Source: a candidate division WWE3 bacterium (lineage in GTDB: Bacteria; Patescibacteriota; WWE3; UBA101185; UBA10185). From it: a stretch of DNA of 64,000 bases. Where the stretch lies: the NCBI GenBank assembly GCA_014729135.1, contig WJKK01000001.1, positions 325,462-389,461 of the forward strand, given 5' to 3'. The position numbers and the translations under genes are program-made. The notes under the pieces were generated by a model. That model worked only from the letters and a program-made list of their open reading frames with translations, was not told the DNA's origin and ran no database searches. Below, one piece after another: positions 1 to 9,035 of the stretch. How positions within the stretch are numbered: position 1 is the first letter of the stretch; the number at the start of each line of letters is the position of its first letter.

Positions 1-1
1 A

Positions 2-787
2 GTATATTTCGAAAAAGATATTAACGAAAGCGCCGCATTTGACTCTGTGAAGGCAAAAAAATCCTTTATTCTTAAGGAATCTTCCAAGAGAAATAATCTG
101 CAGCACATTTTGAAAAATCCTGACATCTACGAGGAGTTACTGTTACAAGTTACCTACAATACAAACAGTATAGAAGGAAGCACTTTAACTAAAGCAGATA
201 CAGCTGCTGTTCTATTTGAAAACAAGAGTCTGCCGGGCAAAAATTTAATAGAGCATTTGGAGGCAAAGAATCATCAGACTGCTTTTAAGTATCTGTTTGA
301 TTGGCTGGACGAAAGTGGCGCTAAACAGACTATAAATGAGCAGTTAATTTCTAAACTGCATCTTCTTTTAATGCATGGGATTTTGGATAATGCCGGAAAT
401 TATCGTGCTCATCCTGTGCGTATTGTGGGTTCCAATGTTCCTACAGCAAATTCATTGAAGGTTCCTGAATTAATGGAGGATTTGGTTGCGGAAATTAATA
501 GTGAATCTGCAGATGTTATTGCAAAGGTTGCCCGAATCCACAGTAAATTTGAGCAGATTCATCCTTTTAGTGATGGTAATGGTAGATTAGGCAGGTTGCT
601 TATTATTGCAATGCTTTTGCGTGAGAATATAGCGCCGGCAGTTGTTCAGCAAGATCAAAAGCAGGAGTATTTGGATGCTTTAAATAAGTCTCAGCTAAAA
701 GAAGATCACGGCCTTTTGGAGGATTTTATTTGTGATTCAATTATTTTTGGAATTAAGATTTTGAATCGTAACACTCTTGTTTCATAA
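2..787 (+). CDS. Fic/DOC family protein (adenylyltransferase-like), 5' partial. The reading frame is open to the window edge; the ORF track starts it at GTG 47.
   Basis: Fic active-site motif HPFSDGNGRLGR (HxFx[DE]GNGRxxR). N-terminal TNSIEG matches the [ST]xxxE[GN] auto-inhibitory helix motif. There is no in-frame stop upstream to nt 2. Confidence 0.8.
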   Translation, partial: VYFEKDINESAAFDSVKAKKSFILKESSKRNNLQHILKNPDIYEELLLQVTYNTNSIEGSTLTKADTAAVLFENKSLPGKNLIEHLEAKNHQTAFKYLFDWLDESGAKQTINEQLISKLHLLLMHGILDNAGNYRAHPVRIVGSNVPTANSLKVPELMEDLVAEINSESADVIAKVARIHSKFEQIHPFSDGNGRLGRLLIIAMLLRENIAPAVVQQDQKQEYLDALNKSQLKEDHGLLEDFICDSIIFGIKILNRNTLVS

Positions 788-907
788 ATTGGCTTTTTGA
801 CTTTAGTTTCTGTATCTAGGGGATTTCTCCATCTCACATCTGTTGACCCCTATCCACTAATGTGCTAACTTAACCATGGCAGTATAAAGGTGAATACTTA
901 ATGTTCA

Positions 908-933
908 AGTGGGGTCTCACCCACTTTCTTTAT
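908..933 (+). terminator. Rho-independent terminator-like hairpin downstream of the Fic gene
   Basis: agtggg-gtctca-cccact stem-loop followed by the T-rich ttctttat. Confidence 0.45.
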
Positions 934-953
934 ATATGCGGTAAAATAACGAT

Positions 954-2147
954 ATGGCAATAACAGAATTTAATGCAGCAGTAAACCAAATAGCAACCGA
1001 ACGTGGAATCTCCGTGGAGAGCGTAATTGAATCCATTGAGAGTGCCCTAATTTCCGCTTACAAAAAAGACTACGGAGAGAACGTTGAAAACGACTCCGAA
1101 GAAGAAGCTGCTCTTGAAGAAGAATCCCTAACTGCAGAACTTGACCCATTAACCGGAGAAGCAAAGGTTTTTAAAGACGGCAAGGACGTGACCCCTTCCG
1201 GATTTGGCCGAATAGCAGCTCAAACAGCAAAGCAAGTCATTTATCAAAAGATCCGTGAAACAGAAAAAGATGTAGTTTTAGGTGAATATGAAGACAAAGT
1301 GGGCGAAATAGTTAATGGTCACATTTTTAGAATAGAAAATAACGTTATTGTTATAGATTTAGGTAAAGCGCATGGAATTTTGCTTCCTAATGAGCAGATT
1401 CCCGATGAAGAATATCGTGTTAATCAGCGATTGAAAGCTGTTGTTAGGGGTGTTAGAGACTCCGGTAAAGGTCCGGAAGTTATGGTAAGTCGTGCAGCTC
1501 CTGAGTTTGTAACCAAGCTTTTTGAACAGGAGGTTCCTGAGATTGCTTCTGAAGTTGTTGTTATAGAGGCTATTGCTAGAGAGCCCGGTTCCCGAACTAA
1601 AATGGCGGTTTCTTCCAATGATGAGCGAATTGATCCTGTGGGGAGTTGTGTGGGCCAAAAAGGTGTTCGCGTTCAATCTGTTATAGCTGAGCTTAACGGG
1701 GAGAAAATTGATATTGTTCCTTTTTCTGAGGATTCGGCAAAGTTTATTGCTTCGGCGCTTTCTCCTGCTCGTGTTACGGATGTGGCTTTGGATAGGGAAA
1801 ATAAGGTTGCTACGGTTTCGGTTCCTGAGGATCAGCAGAGTTTGGCCATTGGTAAGGCCGGTCAAAATGCTCGTTTGGCTAATAAGCTTACGGATTGGAA
1901 AATTGATATTAAGGGGGCTGCTGACTTTTTTGACGAGGAGACGGGAGAAGCAAAGGAGTCAGAGGTTCAGGGAGGTATTTGGGATGAGCTTATTCAAAAG
2001 GTTGAGGATGACGAAGAGAAGGAGAACGCAGAGGACGAATCCGTATCAGAGTCCGGAACGACTGCGGAAGAGGAAACTGAAACCAAAGAAACCCAAGAAG
2101 AAGAAAAAGAAAACGAAGAAACTACAGAAACAAGCGAAAATGAGTAA
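954..2147 (+). CDS. nusA: Transcription termination/antitermination factor NusA with an E/T-rich acidic C-terminal tail
   Basis: N-terminal NusA domain, then S1 and KH regions (GQKGVRVQSV, AIGKAGQNARLA). Gene order nusA-infB. Confidence 0.93.
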   Translation: MAITEFNAAVNQIATERGISVESVIESIESALISAYKKDYGENVENDSEEEAALEEESLTAELDPLTGEAKVFKDGKDVTPSGFGRIAAQTAKQVIYQKIRETEKDVVLGEYEDKVGEIVNGHIFRIENNVIVIDLGKAHGILLPNEQIPDEEYRVNQRLKAVVRGVRDSGKGPEVMVSRAAPEFVTKLFEQEVPEIASEVVVIEAIAREPGSRTKMAVSSNDERIDPVGSCVGQKGVRVQSVIAELNGEKIDIVPFSEDSAKFIASALSPARVTDVALDRENKVATVSVPEDQQSLAIGKAGQNARLANKLTDWKIDIKGAADFFDEETGEAKESEVQGGIWDELIQKVEDDEEKENAEDESVSESGTTAEEETETKETQEEEKENEETTETSENE

Positions 2148-2171
2148 AATCATGAACCGTTTAAATAAAAC

Positions 2172-3662
2172 ATGGCAAAAAAAGACACAAACAACAACTC
2201 AAAATATGTCAGAGCGCCTATTGTCACCTTTATGGGACATGTTGACCACGGCAAAACAAGTCTTCTTGATGCCATTCGTGACACTAGCGTTCAAAAAGGC
2301 GAATACGGCGGTATTACGCAACATGTAGGTGCTTACTCCATTGAGCACAACTCTCAAAAAATTACATTTATAGATACTCCCGGTCATAGTGCTTTTACGC
2401 AAATGCGTGCTCGTGGCGGTAAAGCTGCAGATGTAGTGGTTTTGGTTGTGGCTGCAGACGATGGGGTTATGCCTCAAACAAAAGAGGCTATAGCTCATGC
2501 AAAAGCTGCTAACGTTCCCATGATTGTGGCCATCAATAAAATGGATGTTGCCGGCGCTAATCCGGATAAGGTTAAGCAGCAGCTGGCTCAGGAAAACGTT
2601 TTAGTAGAAGATTGGGGAGGCGATATTGTCTCTGTAGAGGTTTCAGCTGAAACTAAGGACAATCTGGACACTCTTTTGGATGCAATTTTAGCAGTGTCGG
2701 ATCTTTTGGAGCTAGAGGCAGATTCTACGGATGAGTTGGAGGCTATAATCATTGAGTCTAAGAAGGATCCTAAGAAAGGCGTTGTTGTAAATTGCATTAT
2801 TCGCAATGGTACTTTGCAGGTGGGGGATGAGATTCAGGCTAGCGGTTTGGAGGCTAAGGTTAAGCGTATTACTGATGAACATGGGCAAAGTATTCAAGAA
2901 ACTACAGCTACGGCTCCGGTGAGTGTTTTAGGTTTTGGAGAGGTTCCTACAGTAGGCGATCTAATTGTTGAGCAGGGCAGTGAGTTAGCGGAGTTAGCTG
3001 TTGATCAGGATCATGTCGAAATTATAGGTACTAATGCTGCAAACATGGTTTCCATTATTTTAAAGGCTGATACAAAAGGAACTTTAGAGGCTGTTAAGGC
3101 AAGCTTAGCGGATTTGGTGACTTCTTCAGTAGGGAAGACTTTTTCATTAAAGTTTATTCAAACTTCAACAGGCTCAATAACTGATTCAGATGTTTTATTG
3201 GCTCAAAGCGTGGAGGGTGTGGTTATAGGGTTTAATGTAGCTATTTCAAACTCGGCGGATACACTGGCTCATAGTTTGAGTATTCCGGTAAAGACTTATA
3301 AGACTATTTATGACCTATTAGATGAGGCTGAAGATTTATTGAAGTGGACGGCTGAAAAGGAAGAGGCCAAGATAAAAGGTCGTGCTGGTGTTTTGAAGCT
3401 TTTTAAGTTGCGTTCAGGGGATATTGTGGCCGGTTGCACTGTTATGGCAGGGAGAATGCCAAGGAATGCCTCCGTTGCCGTTTATGACAAAAATCCTGCT
3501 GACGTTGAAGAAGATGAAGAACCTCTATATCGAGGGAGAATTAAGAAAGTGCAGTCAGGTACGGAGGAGGTCTCTTCTATAGGCAAAGGCAATGAATGTG
3601 GAATCATGTTAAAGCCTCAGTTTGAAGATATAAAACCCGGTATGTTTATTGAAGTTGTTTAG
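2172..3662 (+). CDS. infB: Translation initiation factor IF-2, short form without N-terminal domains
   Basis: G domain [20 protein letters not shown] and NKMD motifs, plus the C-terminal IF-2 beta-barrel region. Confidence 0.95.
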   Translation: MAKKDTNNNSKYVRAPIVTFMGHVDHGKTSLLDAIRDTSVQKGEYGGITQHVGAYSIEHNSQKITFIDTPGHSAFTQMRARGGKAADVVVLVVAADDGVMPQTKEAIAHAKAANVPMIVAINKMDVAGANPDKVKQQLAQENVLVEDWGGDIVSVEVSAETKDNLDTLLDAILAVSDLLELEADSTDELEAIIIESKKDPKKGVVVNCIIRNGTLQVGDEIQASGLEAKVKRITDEHGQSIQETTATAPVSVLGFGEVPTVGDLIVEQGSELAELAVDQDHVEIIGTNAANMVSIILKADTKGTLEAVKASLADLVTSSVGKTFSLKFIQTSTGSITDSDVLLAQSVEGVVIGFNVAISNSADTLAHSLSIPVKTYKTIYDLLDEAEDLLKWTAEKEEAKIKGRAGVLKLFKLRSGDIVAGCTVMAGRMPRNASVAVYDKNPADVEEDEEPLYRGRIKKVQSGTEEVSSIGKGNECGIMLKPQFEDIKPGMFIEVV

Positions 3663-3692
3663 TTTGCTTTAGAAAAGTGTTCTCCAAGAATT

Positions 3693-3721
3693 TTGACAAA
3701 GTACCCTATAACTGGTAAAAT
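3693..3721 (+). promoter_or_regulatory. Sigma70-like promoter: TTGACA, 17 nt spacer, TAAAAT
   Basis: TTGACA at 3693-3698, a 17-nt spacer and TAAAAT at 3716-3721, about 60 nt upstream of the 3782 start. Confidence 0.45.
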
Positions 3722-3781
3722 CCCACGAGATCAAAAAAGTAACAACTTGATCTAATTTCCTGCCAAAAAGGTAAATAGTAT

Positions 3782-4438
3782 ATGAATACACAAGAAATTG
3801 ATACTGGAAAAGTCAAAAATTTAATAGAAAACGCCCAAACTATAGCGGTAGTGCCCTCCGAAGTTGCCGGTGCGGATTCTTTTAGTGCAGCTGCAGGTCT
3901 TTATTACACGTTGCAAGCAGCCGGAAAAGACGTATCTCTTGTTTATATTGGCAATATTCCTGCTGAAGCTAAAGGGCTTATAGATGCTGAAAAATTAACA
4001 AAAGACATTTATGCACGCCAACTTAGCATTTCCATTGATTATTCTGATACACCGGCTAGCAAATTAGCCTATTCAAATGAAGATAACGTTTTAAAGTTGG
4101 TTTTATCTCCTATTTCTAAGGATTTTGATCGCTCTAAAATTAAAACCAGAATAGAAGGAAACGATTTTGACTTAATTCTTGTTCTAGGTGTTCAATCTCC
4201 TGATGATTTGGGAATTGTCTATAAAGAATTGCAGGATGACTTTGCAGGAGCAGATGTTGTGAATATTGATAATACCTCCATGAATTTGTTACATGGGGAT
4301 GTAAATTTTATTGATACAACAGCGGCCAATTTAAGTGAGTTAGTATTTAAATTACTTTCTAAAGTAGGTCTTGTACCTAACGGAAGGGCTGCAAAGGCTC
4401 TCCTTGTAGGTATGACGTATAGGGAGCCTCAAGAGTAA
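3782..4438 (+). CDS. DHH-domain (NrnA-like) protein with degenerate catalytic motifs and no DHHA1 domain
   Basis: Collinear with NrnA/YtqI N-terminal DHH domain. Motif I HxxPDxDxxGS is replaced by VPSEVAGADSFS. The DHH motif is replaced by DNT in IDNTSMNLLHGDVNFIDTTAANLSE. Confidence 0.5.
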   Translation: MNTQEIDTGKVKNLIENAQTIAVVPSEVAGADSFSAAAGLYYTLQAAGKDVSLVYIGNIPAEAKGLIDAEKLTKDIYARQLSISIDYSDTPASKLAYSNEDNVLKLVLSPISKDFDRSKIKTRIEGNDFDLILVLGVQSPDDLGIVYKELQDDFAGADVVNIDNTSMNLLHGDVNFIDTTAANLSELVFKLLSKVGLVPNGRAAKALLVGMTYREPQE

Positions 4439-4513
4439 CCTTTGGGATCAATTTCCAGAGGACTTGGAAGACCCGGAGTTTGCTGCAGAATAAAGGCAAA
4501 GAAAGTCAAAGTG

Positions 4514-4542
4514 TTGATAGGCTGAAACATCTTTGTTAGAAT
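4514..4542 (+). promoter_or_regulatory. Candidate promoter: TTGATA, 17 nt spacer, TAGAAT, directly upstream of rpsO
   Basis: Hexamers at 4514-4519 and 4537-4542. The -10 lies only 5-11 nt before the start codon, so the mRNA would be leaderless or nearly so. Confidence 0.3.
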
Positions 4543-4553
4543 AGCTATTGCTT

Positions 4554-4823
4554 ATGGCGTTACCAAAAGATTTAAAAGACAAAATAATTAACGATTATCA
4601 AGTGCACGAGGAAGATACAGGATCTCCTGAGGTTCAAATTGCCCTATTAACTGAAAGAATTTCCCAATTAGCCGACCACTTAAAGACTCACAAAAAGGAT
4701 AACCACTCTAGAAGAGGTCTATTGCAGCTTGTGGGGAAGAGACGTCGCCTTCTTTCCTATTTAAAAGGAAAAGACAAGGAACGTTACAAGACGGTTACTA
4801 AGAAATTAGGCCTTAAATCCTAA
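4554..4823 (+). CDS. rpsO: 30S ribosomal protein S15
   Basis: MALPKDLK...[13 protein letters not shown]...[19 protein letters not shown] is a canonical S15 sequence. The ORF-track start at 4548 is TTG; the ATG is at 4554. Confidence 0.95.
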   Translation: MALPKDLKDKIINDYQVHEEDTGSPEVQIALLTERISQLADHLKTHKKDNHSRRGLLQLVGKRRRLLSYLKGKDKERYKTVTKKLGLKS

Positions 4824-5075
4824 TAAATTCAGCACTCCGTTTGCAATTTTCGTTGATTTATACTATAAAGTTAACAATTATTAATTATAAGTAAAGGAAG
4901 TTTAGTAGAGGATTTGGATTAAGGGTTAAATATTGGACATTATTCTCATTTAGGATTTTCCCGTTAGATAGAAACTTATCTAGAAGAAGGAATTTAAGTG
5001 AGTTTTAATAGTGTGACAAATATTTTATTCCTTAATCTATTCTTAAAACACTTCCCATAGAAGAAAGGTAAAAAA

Positions 5076-7199
5076 ATGAATAAATATGTGAAAAAAGAGA
5101 TCGAGCTAGCCGGTAGAAAATTGGTATTGGAAACCGGTGAGTTGGCCATGCAAGCAAACATGGCAGTAAAAGTAAGTTATGCTGATTCTGTAGTTTTGTC
5201 TACAGCAGTGCAGGGAGGGATGAATCCCGATTTGGACTATTTCCCTTTGCGAGTTCAGTACGAGGAGAAGCTTTACGCAAGTGGATCTATTAAGACTTCT
5301 CGCTTTGTTAAGAGAGAAGGTCGCCCAACGGATGAGGCCACAGTAACGCGCCGTTTGGTGGATCATGCTATTCGTCCTTTGTTTCCCGAAGATTATCGAA
5401 ATGAAGTGCAAGTGGTAAATACCGTTTTATCCTATGATCCTGCTGCTTCACCTACGTTTTTGAGTTTAATTGGAACTTCTGCTGCTTTAACGGCTTCGGA
5501 CATTCCTTGGACCGGACTGATGGTATCAGCAATTGTAGGTTATGTTGAAGGTTCTTATGTTTTGAATCCTACTGAGGAGGAACTGGAAGAATCCGAGATT
5601 GATTTGACTGTTTCCTTTGTTGGAGAGGATTTGAAGTATTTGGCTATGGAAGCTGAAGTTGAGAACCTCCCCGAAGAAGTAGTTTTAGGGGCTATTGAAT
5701 TTGCTCGTAATGAACTTAAACCGGTGGTTACCTTTATAAAGGAGTTTGCTGAGGAGCTAAATCCTGAGGGTGCCAAGGCCGACTATGAATCTTGTGCCCT
5801 ATCGGAAGAGCTTATTGAAGATGTTAAAGGCATAATTGGTGATAAAGTTGAAGACCTTTTATATGGTGGCTTTGTTGAAAAAGCAGCTTTCAGTGCTCGT
5901 CGTGATGCAATGATGGAGGAAGTTTATGAGAAGTTTGAAGGTACTTATAAGAAGAAAGACATGGCTAAAGCTTTTGAAGAGATCGAAAAAGATATTCTTC
6001 AAACGCGAGAAGTTCATGAAGGTAAACGCCCTGATGATCGCGACATTAATGAAGTCCGTGAAATTAGTACTAAGGTAAATATTTTACCTAGAACGCATGG
6101 AACAGCTTTGTTTACACGCGGTTTAACTCAGGTCATGACAGTTGCAACACTTGGCTCTCCTAACTTGGAGATGCTCATTCACGATATGTATGGTGAAGAA
6201 ACCAAGCGGTTCATGCACTTTTACAACTTCCCTCCCTTTTCAGTAGGAGAAGTTGGACGTATGGGTTGGCCCGGTGGAAGAGAGATTGGCCACGGAATGT
6301 TGGCTGAGCATGCTTTAAAAGCAGTTATCCCTACACAAGAGGAGTTCCCTTATACGATCGTGTTAATGTCCGAAACTCTGTCTTCAAGCGGATCCAGTTC
6401 TATGGCAGCTACTTGTGGTTCTACAATGGCTCTTATGGACGCTGGAGTTCCTATTAAGGACATGGTGGCAGGAATTGGTGTTGGCTTAATGGCTAACGAC
6501 GATTTCAGTGAGTATCGCATAATTACTGACCTTGCTTATCGTGAAGACGCCTTTGGTTTATTGGACTTTAAGATGACAGGTACCCGTACAGGAGTTACTG
6601 CCATCCAATCTGATATGAAGGCTCGCGGGATTCCTATGTCGCTCCTTCCTAAGATTTTTGAACAGTCTAAAGAGGCGCGGCTTCATGTTTTAGATCAGAT
6701 GGAAAAGACTATTAAAGAGCCTAAAGAGGGCGTTTCTGAGCATGCTCCTAAGAGCAGAGGTCTTCAAATTGATCCTGAAAAAATCGGGATGGTTATTGGC
6801 GGCGGTGGTAAGACCATTAAAGCCTTACAGGAAAAATCCGGGGCTGTTATTAGCATTGATGATGACGGAAGCGTTATTGTTACCGGTAAATCCGCTGAAG
6901 GTGTAGATCAGGCTGTTGAAGAGATAGAAGCAATTGTAAAAGACGTTGAAGTAGGAGAAGTTTATGAAGGTGAAGTTAAAGATATAGTCGACTTTGGTGC
7001 CTTTGTGGAAATTCTTCCCGGAAAAGAAGGTCTTCTACATGTTAGCGAAATTTCCCACGAATACGTAGAGGATGTTTCTGACTATCTTAAAAAAGGTGAT
7101 GAAGTTAAAGTTAAGGTTATTGATGTTAACCACGGTAAAATCGGGTTGTCCAAGAAGATCTTGGAAGATAAACCCGGCCGTCGTTCCAAAAGTCAGTAA
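5076..7199 (+). CDS. pnp: Polyribonucleotide nucleotidyltransferase (PNPase)
   Basis: Two RNase PH-like cores followed by KH (GMVIGGGGKTIKAL) and S1 domains. The RBS gaaagg lies upstream. Confidence 0.95.
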   Translation: MNKYVKKEIELAGRKLVLETGELAMQANMAVKVSYADSVVLSTAVQGGMNPDLDYFPLRVQYEEKLYASGSIKTSRFVKREGRPTDEATVTRRLVDHAIRPLFPEDYRNEVQVVNTVLSYDPAASPTFLSLIGTSAALTASDIPWTGLMVSAIVGYVEGSYVLNPTEEELEESEIDLTVSFVGEDLKYLAMEAEVENLPEEVVLGAIEFARNELKPVVTFIKEFAEELNPEGAKADYESCALSEELIEDVKGIIGDKVEDLLYGGFVEKAAFSARRDAMMEEVYEKFEGTYKKKDMAKAFEEIEKDILQTREVHEGKRPDDRDINEVREISTKVNILPRTHGTALFTRGLTQVMTVATLGSPNLEMLIHDMYGEETKRFMHFYNFPPFSVGEVGRMGWPGGREIGHGMLAEHALKAVIPTQEEFPYTIVLMSETLSSSGSSSMAATCGSTMALMDAGVPIKDMVAGIGVGLMANDDFSEYRIITDLAYREDAFGLLDFKMTGTRTGVTAIQSDMKARGIPMSLLPKIFEQSKEARLHVLDQMEKTIKEPKEGVSEHAPKSRGLQIDPEKIGMVIGGGGKTIKALQEKSGAVISIDDDGSVIVTGKSAEGVDQAVEEIEAIVKDVEVGEVYEGEVKDIVDFGAFVEILPGKEGLLHVSEISHEYVEDVSDYLKKGDEVKVKVIDVNHGKIGLSKKILEDKPGRRSKSQ

Positions 7200-7233
7200 C
7201 ATAACATAGAGATTTGGTAGAATTAACTTGATA

Positions 7234-8334
7234 ATGCCTGATAAACCTGCTCCTAACAAAGCGCCTTCAAAAGAGGTTCAGAACTACGTCTTTGATGAGT
7301 TGACCTCCCTTTCAGATAAGGTAGATAGTGTAGAGGGTATGCCTGAGGATCTTCAGGAGCGTATCCATCAGATGCTAAACCGTCTGGATAGGATGGCGCG
7401 TATGGGTCACTATGCTTCTGAGTTTGACACCCTCTCCCGTTATATTGAGGTTGTAACTTCTATTCCATGGGTTGCCCGAACGGAGGATAACCTGGATATA
7501 GAGCGTGCCCGTCAAATGTTGGATAGTCAGCACTATGGAATGCCTAATGTTAAAGAGCGCATTTTAGAGTATTTGGCTACAATGAATTTAATTAAGCGTC
7601 GAGGTGAAAATGCTATTGCCAAATCTCCGGTTTTGCTTTTAGTAGGGCTGCAGGGTGTTGGTAAAACTACCTTAGCTAAGTCAGTGGCAGACACTTTAGG
7701 GCGTGAGTTCATTCGTGTTGCCATGGGAGCTATTGGTTCCTCCTTTGAGCTTCGCGGAAAAAGTAAAGCTTTGCCGGGGGCAGAACCCGGCCAAATTATT
7801 AAAGCTTTAATGCGAACAAAGGTTCGAAATCCTCTTATTCTTTTGGATGAGATAGAGAAGGCCAGTGGAGACAAGTCCCTATTATCGGATGTTATGGCAA
7901 TCCTTTTGGAGATTTTGGATCCTAATCAGAACATTGCCTTTAGGGATCATTACGTGGATTATCCTGTTGATTTATCCCAGGTGCTTTTCATTTGTTCTGC
8001 AAACAACACGGGAACTTTGTCAGCAGCACTTCTAGACCGTATGGAGATTGTTAAGATGCCTTCCTATACCAACGAGGAAAAAGCTGTTATTGCACGTGAT
8101 TATCTTTTCCCAAAAATCCGTGAAGATTCCGGATTAAAAGAAGAAGAACTACAAATTGATCCAAGTCTTTGGCCCGAAATTGTTAATCCCTTTGGTTACG
8201 ATTCCGGCATTAGAAGTTTAGGACGTATTTTACAAAGCCTTTGCAGAAAAGTGGCCATGAAAATTGTTACGGGAGAAGCGGAAAGCGTTTATATTACGCA
8301 GGAAAATCTTAAGTATTTTATGCCTTCTTGGTAG
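7234..8334 (+). CDS. Lon-family AAA+ ATPase module only, with no N-terminal Lon domain and no S16 protease domain
   Basis: Collinear with the Lon helical linker plus AAA+ module: SIPWVARTEDNLDIERARQMLDSQHYGM, Walker A GLQGVGKTT, Walker B LILLDEIEK, sensor-1 ICSANNTG, LLDRMEIVK. The ORF ends at the domain boundary. Confidence 0.7.
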   Translation: MPDKPAPNKAPSKEVQNYVFDELTSLSDKVDSVEGMPEDLQERIHQMLNRLDRMARMGHYASEFDTLSRYIEVVTSIPWVARTEDNLDIERARQMLDSQHYGMPNVKERILEYLATMNLIKRRGENAIAKSPVLLLVGLQGVGKTTLAKSVADTLGREFIRVAMGAIGSSFELRGKSKALPGAEPGQIIKALMRTKVRNPLILLDEIEKASGDKSLLSDVMAILLEILDPNQNIAFRDHYVDYPVDLSQVLFICSANNTGTLSAALLDRMEIVKMPSYTNEEKAVIARDYLFPKIREDSGLKEEELQIDPSLWPEIVNPFGYDSGIRSLGRILQSLCRKVAMKIVTGEAESVYITQENLKYFMPSW

Positions 8335-8379
8335 CTTACTTTTTTAAGGTTTCCTTTTGGAGTTTTAGAGTTTAAAGAT

Positions 8380-9033
8380 ATGAAAAAGATTGAAGTAATG
8401 GAAAAAATAACCGCAAAAGTTGAGAAGTGTGAGAAGTGTCGTTTATGTAAAGAGGCTAAAAACGCTGTTCCGGGTGAGGGGGACATTAACGCGGATATTG
8501 TTTTTATTGGAGAGGCTCCGGGGGCTAATGAGGATAAGACGGGGCGCCCTTTTGTAGGTCGGGCCGGACAACTCCTGGAATCTTTGCTTGGGGAAATAGG
8601 TTTAAGTCGCGAGGAAGTTTGGATAGGCAACATAATTAAGCATCGCCCTCCAAAAAATCGTGATCCTAAACCGGATGAAATAGCAGCTTGTGAGCCTTAC
8701 TTAACGGTTCAGCTAAGAACAATTCGGCCGAAATTGATTGTAACTTTGGGAAGATTTGCGATGTATTACTTTCATAAGGGAGGCAAAATTTCGCGAGATC
8801 GTGGTAACCTTATAAAAGTTGACTCAAAAAAGGTAGGCAGTGTTTTAAACGTTTATCCCGTTTATCACCCTGCTGCCGGTTTAAGAAATGGTCGTTTTAG
8901 GGAGGCTCTGGAGGAGGACTTCATGAGAATCCCCCAAATTTTGAAAGAAATTGAATTAGAACAAGTACAAAATAAGAACTCTTCCACTTATAGAGAGGAA
9001 GAGCAGAAAGGACAAATAAAATTGGATTTATAG
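8380..9033 (+). CDS. Uracil-DNA glycosylase, family 4 (Fe-S type)
   Basis: CEKCRLC cysteine motif, GEAPGANEDKTGRPFVGRAGQLL and the HPAA motif. Confidence 0.8.
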   Translation: MKKIEVMEKITAKVEKCEKCRLCKEAKNAVPGEGDINADIVFIGEAPGANEDKTGRPFVGRAGQLLESLLGEIGLSREEVWIGNIIKHRPPKNRDPKPDEIAACEPYLTVQLRTIRPKLIVTLGRFAMYYFHKGGKISRDRGNLIKVDSKKVGSVLNVYPVYHPAAGLRNGRFREALEEDFMRIPQILKEIELEQVQNKNSSTYREEEQKGQIKLDL

Positions 9034-9035
9034 AT

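Noticed and set aside
970-2328. Antisense or alternative-frame ORFs inside nusA and infB (970..1164-, 1359..1865-, 1708..2328+ and similar)
   Set aside because: They lie wholly within strongly supported conserved genes, and their repetitive R/L/K-rich translations are typical of frame-shifted reads of real CDSs.
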